A stretch of 26,919 bases of DNA, the filler included, from an uncultured virus (IMG/VR IMGVR_UViG_2061766007_002618) (lineage: Duplodnaviria > Heunggongvirae > Uroviricota > Caudoviricetes). It is 4 parts of one record of this genome, joined end to end, with 100 filler letters (N's around TTAATTAATTAA, not from the genome) between each part and the next. Parts side by side here need not be neighbours in the genome. Positions count along the whole stretch, not along the records: positions 4,074 to 26,602 come from IMGVR_UViG_2061766007_002618; positions 26,703 to 26,919 come from IMGVR_UViG_2061766007_002618; 2 more parts are not named here. The stretch is one strand, 5' to 3'. A model generated the notes under the pieces. The model was not told where the DNA came from. It made no database searches and saw nothing but the letters and a program-made list of their open reading frames with translations. Below are positions 17,301 to 26,919 of the stretch, in pieces. The position numbers and the translations under genes are program-made. Within the stretch, counting starts at the first letter, position 1. Each line of letters opens with the position of its first letter.

Positions 17301-19618
17301 CCAGCCTGCGGTCATTTCCGCGTTCTGGACGAGGTTGCGGAAGGCGAGCGCCTGGCCGGCCTTTGTGCCCGCGTAGTCGAACGCCGCGTAGATCGTCTTG
17401 ATTGCGCCGCCGAGGACGGCAATTTCATTGTCTAGCGTCGTGAGCGTCTCCGTCGGCGTCCCCGCCGTCTTCTCCAGTTCGTTCTGCCTCCGCGTCAGCG
17501 CGTCGAGGTGGGCCTCGTAGGAGGCGAGGTGGCGCACCATCGCGGCGTGTTCATATGGAGTCAGGACGCGCGGCCTCTTGACGATTTCGGCCACGAGCGC
17601 TGGCGCGTCGATGCCGAAGGATTCTTCCCACGCCTGTTCTTTCGTTAGGCGCTCCGGCGAATATTCGTGCTGGGTATAGAAGCGGGCGACCTGTGATGCG
17701 CCGACGAGGTAGTTCTTGCCGCCGTGAATGTCGAGGGCGCGGATCGCCGCAGCCTCTTCCGGCGTGACCTCGAAGCGGTTTTCGTCTCCGCGCGAGAAGC
17801 GGATGTCCGGGCGCTCGGAGAACGTGCCCACGTTGTCCGTCGCCGACTTGATTTGGATTGGGTTCAGGGCAACGAACATCTTTTGTCCATTTACTCCACG
17901 TACAATGACACCATCATGTTTGCCATCCCGCATCTTGCGAAGCAAATCCCCTTTCCGCTCATCATAGAACGTGTTCGGCGCGCCGTCGGGGTTGCTCCAT
18001 GCGTCCGCTGTTGCATCGACCATCAGCGGATTCTTTATGTCAAGAAGCGCCGCAACGGTCCTCGGTTCTCCTTCTTCCTTCATGTTTGCCTTGTCGATGG
18101 CGTAGTTGTCCGCATCAACCTCGTCGTCCGTGAAGAAGAACCCTTCCTCGTCGATGCCGAAGTTCTCTCCCACCAGCTCCGGGTCGAATTCCCAAAACTC
18201 CGCATTAGTCCCGTGATACGTGACCATCGGCTCGCCGTTCTCGTCTACGACCTTGGAAACATTTTCGGGCTTGACGGAATACAAGCGACGTAGTATACTT
18301 TTTGCCAATGAGGTTCCATTGAGCCTCACATCGGACGATGCGTCCGTGTGGCTTGCGTCCCCAAGGGAAGATGCGGCAGCGGTTTGAAGCGCATCGTCCG
18401 TTTGTTTTATCTCATTTTCGAGGATTACCTCGTGCAAGTAGAGGCGGTTGGCGTTCACATCCTCGCGCGCACGGCAGAAAACATAATTTCGTTCGCCACC
18501 ATAGTTAATGCGGTAGGCGAAGTAGTGATTTATGATGTCCTTGCCGTCGAAATCGCGTTGTGAGCCAATGTACACGGCATTTCGGAAATCCCGCTGTAGA
18601 GTCACAAGCGCGTCCAGCTTCTTCTGCCCGTATCCATGCCCTAATGTGTTTTTTGCGCTCCTCGCATCTATCACGACGGTTCCAGCCGGCGTGTCGTATG
18701 TCTCGGCATTCGGGAAGAGTAATGCGGCTGTGCGCTGGACGGACAGGTTTTCATTCTTTTGGAACGCGCCGACGACAACATCTGCGAATGGCGAGTTCTC
18801 CAACGCAGAGAGTGTCGCAGCACCCTCCCAGTCACCAAACCACCTCTTGAAGTTCTCCGTCCGCACCTGGACCCATTGGCGCTCGGTGAGGCGCGTCGGC
18901 TTCCCGTTGGGGGCCTTCATCCACCCCGGCTTCTTCGTGCCGTCAGAATTCGTGTAGCGCGCGACAACCTCGTCGTACTGGCGTTGCGCCTCGGCAAGCT
19001 CTGCGGCGCTCGGCGCGCCTTCGTCGCGGGAGAAGCGCATATCAGCATTCACGTTGTCGTCGAACCGGAATGCATCGTAGCGCTCGTTCCCGAAGTAGCC
19101 CTCTTCCTCGATGTCCTCGTCGCCACGGCTGAGGCGCATCCCGGAATCGCTCTCGTCGGCGTCGAACTGCGCGTCCGTCTCCGAGGCAATCGCCCCGCTG
19201 AGGTCAACGTCGCTCGCCACGCCCGCGTACTTCTTGCTCTTCTCGGCAAGCTCTTCCTTCATCTTCTGCTCGTATTCCTTGACGCGGGCCTCGGCCTCCT
19301 TGAGAGCCTCTTCCTCCGCGAACGGAGCGCCATAGCGGGCGCGCATCTCCTTTTCCTGCGCGCGCAGGTCTTCTATTTCCCTCTTGGCGAAATCGGCGCT
19401 CTTCGCGAAGTCGGCGCCGGTCGTGTACTCCACGATGTCGGTGATTGCCTGGGATGGCCATTGGCCCGAAGATTCAAGGAAGTCATTCTCGCCGAGCGCG
19501 GGGCTAAGGAACCCGACACTCACCTTTACATTCAACTCCCCGAGCAGATTCTTGCTTCCATCGACAATTGCCCGGACGATGAAGTCCACTCCGTCCGCCT
19601 TGACCGGCAGGTCGATGG
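14316..19618 (-). CDS. Giant polyvalent protein, C-terminal part: ADP-ribosyltransferase-like domain with LPD3-like insert, coiled coil, C-terminal helical domain
   Basis: The frame is open up to the gap edge (IDLPVKADGVDFIV...). Motifs APNGKPTRLTERQWVQVRT.NFKRWFGDWE, SKVVDENGEP..TYHGT, GFFFT, IKNPL, HDGVI and QIKSATDNVGTF. Confidence 0.8.
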
Positions 19619-19659
19619 NNNNNNNNNNNNNNNNNNNNNNNNNNNNNNNNNNNNNNNNN

Positions 19660-22600
19660 GCGCCTCTTTCTTTAAGGCGACGAGCTTCTTGTTGAAGTTT
19701 TCGGACAACTGGCCGCTGATGCCCTCGGCGTCGCCACTGTCGAACTTCTTGCCCTCGAACTCGATTGTCTTGGCGCCTTCCGAGGTGAATCCCGCGTCGT
19801 GGAGCTTCTGCAAGTTTGCCTGCGCCCGTTCGGCCCGTCCCTGGTAGTATTCGACTTCGGCCGGGATGATGTCGTCAAGTTTCCGCTTGAGATAAACCTG
19901 GTCGGCCTCGTAGCTTTCGCGCTTGGATATGAGCTTGCGGAGGTCGCGCTCGGCCTTGTTCTTGAGAAGCGCGAACTGCGAGCCGGAAAGCGTCGCGACG
20001 GGATTGTCGAAGATGCCCTCTTCCTCGCTGTCCTCGATGGAGCGGGACGAAAGCGCGTCGAACTGGTCCTTCGCGGAGAGGTTCATGACGGAGTTGATGA
20101 ACTCCGATTTCGTCTTGAGGCGCTGGTACGCCGAAACGTCCAGCGAATCCTCGACGCCGAAGCGGACGATGCGCACGGGCTGCCCCCAGAGCTTCCAGTT
20201 GTTGCCCTGACGGAGGATGCGCCCGTTGCGCTGCGTGTAGTCCATCGGGCGCGGAGGCGCGTCCATGTGGATTGCCATGTGCAAGCGATTCTGGATGTTC
20301 ACGCCCGTGCCGAGCGTCTCCGTGGAGCCGAACACAACGCGGATTGCGCCCGCGTTTATCTTGTCGAAAATATCGACCTTCGCCGCGTCCGTCATGCCGC
20401 TTTCGATAATCGCTATCTGGTTCTCGGGGACGCCACGCGCGACAAGCTTCTGCTTCATGTCGTCGAAGATGCTGAAATCCACGACCTTTTTAGTCTGATG
20501 CTTGTTGCGGTCGCAGAAGACGGCAACCGTGCCGTCGTGCCCCTTCGTGGCTTCAAGGTCCTCAAGCACGATCTCGACCGCCCTGTTGGTCTTGGAACCG
20601 GGTTCGTCCTTATACTCGGGATTAAGGAGTCGCGCGTCGATTGCGGCCGCCCTTGCGAGGCCGAACATCACAAGCGGGATATGGCTGTTTTTCTTTTTCT
20701 CCTTGCCTGACATGTTCTCGTACGCTTCGAGCATCTCGCGGATGTTCTTCATGATGCCGATGAGCGTCGGCGTCTGCGGCAGGAACACGTCGCGCGCCTC
20801 GCCGCCCTCGATTTCGGGAATCGCCTTGTTGACCTCGGTATCCCTCGCGAGAACCGTATCCGAGACGGTCTGCCACAGGCGCACAAGTTCAGCCGTATTG
20901 AAGTACCCGGCGAAACGTGTGTTTTCCTTGAACTTGCCGGACGTGTTGAACTCCAAGAGCTGGCTTATGTCGCCGAAGTTGTGAACGAAATCGTCGAAGT
21001 ATTCAAGCCCGTACTGCCTGCGCATTTCAAGCGGCATCAGATATCGCATGAACGTGAAGATTTCCGCCGCCGTGTTGCTGATTGGAGTACCCGTCGCCAT
21101 GACGACGTTCCGCCCGTTCTGCGTAGCCAGGATGTGGCGAATCTTCATGTAGGTGCTGACGGCCTTCTTCGACGCGGAAGTGTCGATGCCCTTGACGCGG
21201 CTGTTCTGGCCCGTCAAGCTCGTCTCGAAGCCGAGCTTCTTGTAGTTGTGCGCCTCGTCGATGAGAAGCGCGTCAATGTCCATGTCCTGGAAGGTTTCGA
21301 CCTCGTCAACCTTGCGGTCGAGAAGTTTTTTCACGCGCTCCTTGACCTTTTCGTCGGCGAGCGCCTGGTCTTTCGCCTTCTTCTTCGAGGCCTTTTTGCC
21401 GGAGACTACGTTTGCGAGCCGCCCGGATATGTCCTCGTCCGTGCCAACGTCCGCGAGCAGTTCCTCAAGCTCGACGATCTCCTTTTCCTTCTGCTCGCGT
21501 TCGCGCTTGGCGTTTCTGTCGTTACCCGTTGGCGTCGCCTCAAGGACCTTGCGCTTTTCTTCCAGTCGTTCCTTGATAAACTCCATCTGCGATTCGGGGG
21601 AATCTGGAATCATGCCGAACATGGATTGCGGCACGATAACCATGTCCCAATCGTTGAACTTCGCCTTGGCGAAGAACTCCTTGCGCCCCGCCTCGCCTGC
21701 GTCCGCCTTGGACGGCGCGAGAATCCTGGCCGCCGGATAAAGCCGCTTCGCCGACGCGACGAACTGCCCGATTGTCGCGTTCTGCACGACGATCATGGGC
21801 TTGCGCGCGGTGCCGAGGCGCCGCATCTCCATCGCGGTCGTGATTAACGTGTAGGTCTTGCCGGAGCCGACCTCGTGCGCGAGCATGACCGGCTGCGTCG
21901 TGCCGAGGATTACCGCCCGCTTCTGGTGCGGGTAGAGTGGAATCCCACGATTTGCGCCCTCGAAATAGTCCGGGAGGAACCGCTCGTCAATCACGCGCTT
22001 CGCGAGGTTGTTGAAGCGCTCGTTGTAGATGCCTTCCACTTCCGCCGCGAAGTCCGCGTCGTCGCGCGCCATCTTCTGCACGTAGGCCTTGAAGTCGTCG
22101 CGGATTTCGTCGATTTTCGTGGAAATGGTCATTTCCGCCGCGCGGTCGTGTTCGGTCCTCTTGGTCCCGTTGACTTCATACGTGCGCATGACAGGGACGG
22201 TCGATTGCCCCTTCATGGCCGCCGCCGCGATTTCCGCGCCGGAAATGCGTTTGCCGATCATCTCGCTGTAAACGCCCGACTCGAAGTTCTTGCCGCGCGC
22301 GTAATTGCCGATTTCGAATTGCGGGAGGTCGATTAGCCACTTTCCGCCGACGTTCTGCGCCTTGATGTTTATGCCGAAGCGGTCGCGGAAGAACTTGGTG
22401 TAGGCCTGCGTCGGAAGCCACGTGGAGCCGAGCGCGTACCCAATCAGGTGCGCGGGAATCGTCGGCGGCATGACCTCGTTCAACGCCTTGATGTTCTCGT
22501 CGTACCTGCCGTCCTCGTTCTGCGCCTCGGCAAGCGCGAGCTTCTCGCGGACGTTGCCGGAGAGGTAGTCGTGGCGAATGGCGAGCGAGCCGGTCGCGGG

Positions 22601-25600
22601 GTCGATGAACGCGAGGCCGCTCTTGAGAATCTGCTCCGTGGCGTCCTCCGTCGGGATGCCGAGCATTTCCGCGACGTTCTGTGCGCTGATTCTCGCCGTG
22701 TTGCGGTAGTCCAGGAGCACGGCGTCCGTGACGTTCGCGGGCTTCTGCGTCTTCTCGACGGCGATAACGCGCTTGTTGAATACGTCGCTCTTCTCAAAGT
22801 GCGTGTAGATTCCGTCCTTCGCGTTGAAGGTCGTCGCGACGTAGCCCTTGTTGCTCGGGTTCGTGTCGCGCGTGATCTTTTCCAGGGCGCAAAGCTCCGG
22901 CCAGAATATGTCGCAGTCGAGCCAGCTGATCCGCTTGTTCAGGTTCAGCGGCCCATACTTCCTCACAAACCAGTCGTAGGCGCCATTAAGCCCCTTTAGG
23001 AAGTGCGCGATGGTATCGTCGTCCGATTCCTCGTCCTTTTGCGCCTCGAGAAGGGTGTGAAGTCTCTCCTTTATGTCGTTGTAGTCGGTCACGACTGCGG
23101 CGCGCGTGTACTTCGTCTTTTCATCCGCGCCCGTGACCTTGTTCTTCATTGACTTCATGTCGAGGGGAATGGACTTGCCGCCATGCGCCAAGCAAATTTT
23201 GCCGTCCGGCGCGACGTGTATTTCGCCCTCGTGAATCGTCGCGTCCTGAATGGTGAATGTGAACTGCTCGCTCTCGGCCTCGTTCTCTTCCTGGCGCGCC
23301 GTGTCCTCGCGCTTGGCCTCCATGCCCTTCACGAAATCCGCGAGGCGGGCGTCCGCATCGATGCTCGGCGACGGGAAAAGCCCGTAGGAGGTCGCGCGGA
23401 ACGTCTCGCCCTTCTCGTAGTTGAAGGCCATTTCCCCGCCCATCATTTCCGGGTGGTCGTGGAAATACTTGTTGAGGTACATGGTCGCGTTGTTGTAGCC
23501 GTACTCGCCCGTCCGCTCGACCGGCGCGGAAACAACGTCGATTGCCGACGCGGACTTCGCGCCGCCGACGCGCTTGCGCACGACGATAATGTCAGACGTG
23601 ACCGCCGTCCCGCCAAAGGTGTTGTTTGGCAGGCGGAACGCGCCGAGAACGTCGGCGTTGCCTTGGTTCACGATCCATTGGCGCAGGGAATCGCTCTTGT
23701 CGAGGGTGTTGCTCGTCGTGATGAAGATGCCGATGCCGCCCTCGGCGAGCGCCCGGATGTTCTTGGCGATGCAGAAGTCGTGAAGGTCCTTGAAGCGCTC
23801 CGACAAATCCTTGTTGGCCTTGTCATACACGCGGAGGCCTGTCACGAATGGCACGTTGGTGATTGCGAGGTTGACGCTTCCGGCGGGGATGTTCACGTCC
23901 TGGAATCCGGCGTTGTCCACCTCGATTTTCGGGTGAAGGCCCTTGAGAATGAGCGACGTTATCGGGTCGATTTCGACGGCGCGAACGTCCGTGCCCGCGC
24001 GCATGTCCTCTGGAATGGCGCTGATGATGTTGCCGACGCCCGCGCTGCCCTCAAGCATCTTGCCGCCCTTGAAGCCGAGCGCGCGCGCGATATTCCACAG
24101 CGCGTCCGTGACCTTCTGCGGCGTGAAGTACGCGGAGTTGGCCGACAGCTTCGCCGCGCTCATCTCGGCTGGCGTGAGGACTTCCTCAAGCATGGAGGAT
24201 TCGTCATAGTCGTTGAACACGCCGCCGAGGCCGCCCCATCCCGTGAACTTCGCGAGCTTTGCGCGTTCCTCTTCGGTCGCCTCGCGTCCGGTCGCGTCGA
24301 GGTCCTTCGCGATGCGGATTGCCTCGATGTTGGCGGCGAGGCGGGCGCCACGCGACGTGGGCGCGGAAGCTATGGCCGGCGCGAGGGAATTGCCGACGAC
24401 GGTGTGCTGGGCCTTCGCGGGCGCGCGCGTCGGCGTCTTCGCCTTTTCCTTTACCGATTCTTGCGGTTCTGGCTGTGCCTCTGTTCCTTCCACGGGATTC
24501 GCTTCGGGCTCCACGCTGGGTCTTTCCGAGGCCTCTTCTCGTGTTTCATCGGTGCTTGGGGCTTCATTGGCCTGCTCCTTGTTCTGGGTTGTCTCCGTTG
24601 ATGTTTCCTGGGTCGGCGTCGGCGCCGGCGCAGGCGCATTTTCCTGCTCGGTCTGCGTTTCGGGCGCGGGCGCGGGAGCCTCTTCCTGGTCGATTTCGTC
24701 AAACACGGCCCGCATCCGCGACGGCGTGATTTCCTCAATGCCCGAATCCGGCTCGTCCATCAAGTACTGCGTCCAACGTGCCGCGAGGAAGTTTTGCCTC
24801 ACCGCGCGCAGCGCTCCTTCTGCATCGCCGTACACAAACTGCTTTGCAAGAGCAGCGAACGTGCGGAAATCGCGGACGCCGTTCTCGACGGCGAAATCCA
24901 CAAACTGATTGCCGGCGTTTACGGTGTCGGCGTCCACGTCGCCACGAGCGAAACGGATGCCGGAATCACTTTCGGAACCCTCGTCTCCGCGCGACAAGCG
25001 GATGCCAGACTTGATCTTGTCGCCAAGCTCCGTGAACTTCTTCACGGCGTCAGCGCTAAGGTTAACGCCGGCGACGGTCATTCCGCCTTGCGCGGCTTGC
25101 GGCGCGGCCGGTGCTTGAGGTGCTGGCGCGGCCTTGGGCGCAGACTTGACTTTCGCCTCGGGTTGTGCAATACTATTACCCGTCTGCGTGACCTCGCCGC
25201 GCGTAGGGCTGGAAAGGGCGCCGGCCTCCTTCGCTTCTGCGGAGGGCAGTATGAGGAGTTGCCCGTCCTCACGTGCGGCTTGTTTTTTTATCTTCTCAAT
25301 ACCACGGTCGTCAATGAAGTGCCAATGCACAATTTCAACGTGGTTTTTGTTTTCGCTAACCTCAAGTAAGACAAGCCTGTTTTTCCCGTTCGAGTCTTTT
25401 GTGTTGATTAGTATCCACCGATAAGGCTTGCTGGCTTTTTGATTCTGCCCATAAAGGTCTGGCGAATAAAGTGCCGACTTGAGAATATCCCTACTTTGCG
25501 CTGGCGTCAAATCACCATGCTTTGTGGCATTGCGTTCAAATATATTCCGCTTGATTATTACAGGTTTCCCATTTGTTCCAATGGCCGCGTCGATACTCGC

Positions 25601-26602
25601 AGGGATTGTCGGCAGTTGTACATTGCGTGTCGGCGCGGTGAAATCCTCGTCGGTAAGGTCGGAGATGGAATTAATCGCATCCAACTTAAGTTCTCCGTTT
25701 TCGTGAACAGGATTGCGCTGTCTGTCAACATACGCCCCTTCCGTCTCCCGCTTCCAGCGGAAATAATCTTCACTCGTAATGGAACGCCCGTCCTGTCCGA
25801 CGCCCGTCGCCTTGGACGAATCGATCTGCGCTTTCGATAATTCGCCGATTTCAAATACGCGATCTTCGATATTGCCATTTCCGTTCCGATATGCCACGTC
25901 CGCTCTTGTGCCGTCAGGGCTAAGACTTCTAATAATGCCCGATATATGCTGCGGCGCGTTGATGTCACCGCCAGAGGTAGTGTCAATCTCGACGCGCGCG
26001 CCGGGGACGATGCGGCTCTTCGTTTTCGCGGCGGGCTGTTGCGCTTCGGTCGCGGAAGCCTCGGCGGTTTTCCCGATAAGTTCGTTCCATGCGGCCTCAG
26101 CCTCTTCGCGCGTGGCGTAATACTGACTGTCCACTTCATTCAACGTGGCATAATCCGGGCTTGCCAGATACTCGGTAATCGTGGCTCGCTTTGCCCCGGC
26201 CACCTTCGCGACGCGACGCTGATACACATGTAGCCGAACCTGGTTCTTGTTCTTGCCAACTCCGCCGACATATTTCCATGCAAGACCGCTTTCGGTGTCG
26301 TAATAAATCTTGCCGGCAACTGCATTTTCGTCGCGCTCGCCATTGGCCGTGACGGGATTTTCCGTCATCTTTTGCAGGCGCTCGGCGGCAGTCGCGGGTG
26401 CCTTTGCTGGTGCTGGTGCCTGCGTCTCGGCGGGCTTCTCCGTCGTCGCCGGGGCCTCTGGCTTAGTCGTCACGGGTCCTTGCCTGAGCTTGCTTTCTCC
26501 GGTGGGATGCTCCGCGCTCCAATACTTGCCGGCCTGCTTGCGGGCCTCGCCCGTGAACGCGCGCAGCGCGCTCGTCTTGTCCTTCGCGTCGCGGACGTGG
26601 TT
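19660..26602 (-). CDS. Giant polyvalent protein, N-terminal/central part: BECR-like nuclease, N6-adenine DNA methyltransferase, SNF2/SF2 helicase (DarB-like); 5'-truncated
   Basis: The frame stays open upstream of GTG 26473 to the contig edge. MTase motifs NIEAI, FTGWGGL, AYFTP, LEGSAGVGN and ITNVPF; helicase motifs LYPHQ, HEVGSGKT, IDEAH, ATGTPISN, GTGVNIQ and QRNGRILRQGN. Confidence 0.88.
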
Positions 26603-26646
26603 NNNNNNNNNNNNNNNNNNNNNNNNNNNNNNNNNNNNNNNNNNNN

Positions 26647-26658
26647 TTAATTAATTAA
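26647..26658. other. Artificial contig spacer
   Basis: TTAATTAATTAA inside an N run. Confidence 0.95.
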
Positions 26659-26702
26659 NNNNNNNNNNNNNNNNNNNNNNNNNNNNNNNNNNNNNNNNNN
26701 NN

Positions 26703-26919
26703 GAACCGCTGCGCGAACGAGCGCTGCTCCACGCTGAGACGCGCCATGTTCGAGACAAGACGCTCTTCGGCCAGCTCGTCTTTCATGTCGAGCGCCGCCT
26801 TGTGAATGTCGTCAAGTGTCTTGACTTCTTTCCCCGTGTACCTGCTGACGTAGGCCAGNNNNNNNNNNTGTCTCGTCGAAAAGGAAAAGGCCCTTGTAGG
26901 CGTTGACGACGTTGCGCGC
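26703..26919 (-). CDS. Internal fragment of a minus-strand gene, possibly an upstream part of the giant protein
   Basis: Open frames ARNVVNAYKGLFLFDET and, after a gap, LAYVSRYTGKEVKTLDDIHKAALDMKDELAEERLVSNMARLSVEQRSFAQRF. Confidence 0.5.

Noticed and set aside
19532..19660. Real frameshift or two separate genes in the giant locus
   Set aside because: The frame change falls inside an estimated 41-N gap, both sides are open, and GTG 19589 has only a weak GGA-type signal.
24400..24700. Ala/Pro/Glu/Thr-rich stretch as a repeat element
   Set aside because: It is a low-complexity protein linker with no regular DNA period.
14604..24908. Long + strand ORFs (14604-16937, 19799-20710, 20981-21847, 23183-24601 and others)
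   Set aside because: They are antisense shadows of a GC3-biased gene, with no motifs or RBS. The same applies to 364-1269 (-) and 12342-13226 (+).
17784..25009. RGD tripeptides as integrin-binding sites
   Set aside because: They are part of a longer boundary motif in a probably internal protein, and one copy lacks the Gly.
364..26658. Three identical TTAATTAATTAA palindromes as a biological repeat
   Set aside because: Each is centred in an N run and gives stops in all six frames, so it is a concatenation spacer. Gene order across these spacers is not evidence of linkage.

Overview
This is a gapped, GC-rich phage assembly. Four contigs (1-319, 420-3973, 4074-26602, 26703-26919) are joined by artificial N-TTAATTAATTAA-N spacers, and there are several internal scaffold gaps. 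The + strand arm carries an ERCC4-type nuclease, a TOPRIM primase/P-loop NTPase, a RecD2-like SF1 helicase and a PD-(D/E)XK exonuclease. These are followed by about 7.5 kb of small, translationally coupled accessory genes, including a PAPS-reductase-family fragment, an ASCH protein, a DUF3307-like protein and a Lar-like/MazG-like fusion. That arm converges on a minus-strand tyrosine integrase. Upstream of the integrase lies a 26-bp tRNA 3' end (probably tRNA-Ser) with phage DNA on both sides, which is the attP configuration of a temperate phage. The right 12.3 kb is very probably one giant minus-strand gene (about 4100 codons or more, 5'-truncated, split by a 41-N gap) encoding a DarB-like polyvalent protein. 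Its modules are a BECR-like nuclease, an N6-adenine methyltransferase, an SNF2/SF2 helicase, an ADP-ribosyltransferase-like domain with an LPD3-like insert, a coiled coil and a C-terminal helical domain. Two observations stand out: a five-copy [IM]R[LF][SA]R(G)D motif at the module boundaries of the giant protein, and a phage sequence next to attP that pairs with the tRNA 3' end to form a tRNA-like hairpin plus U-tract upstream of the integrase. All domain calls come from reading motifs by eye; no database searches were run.
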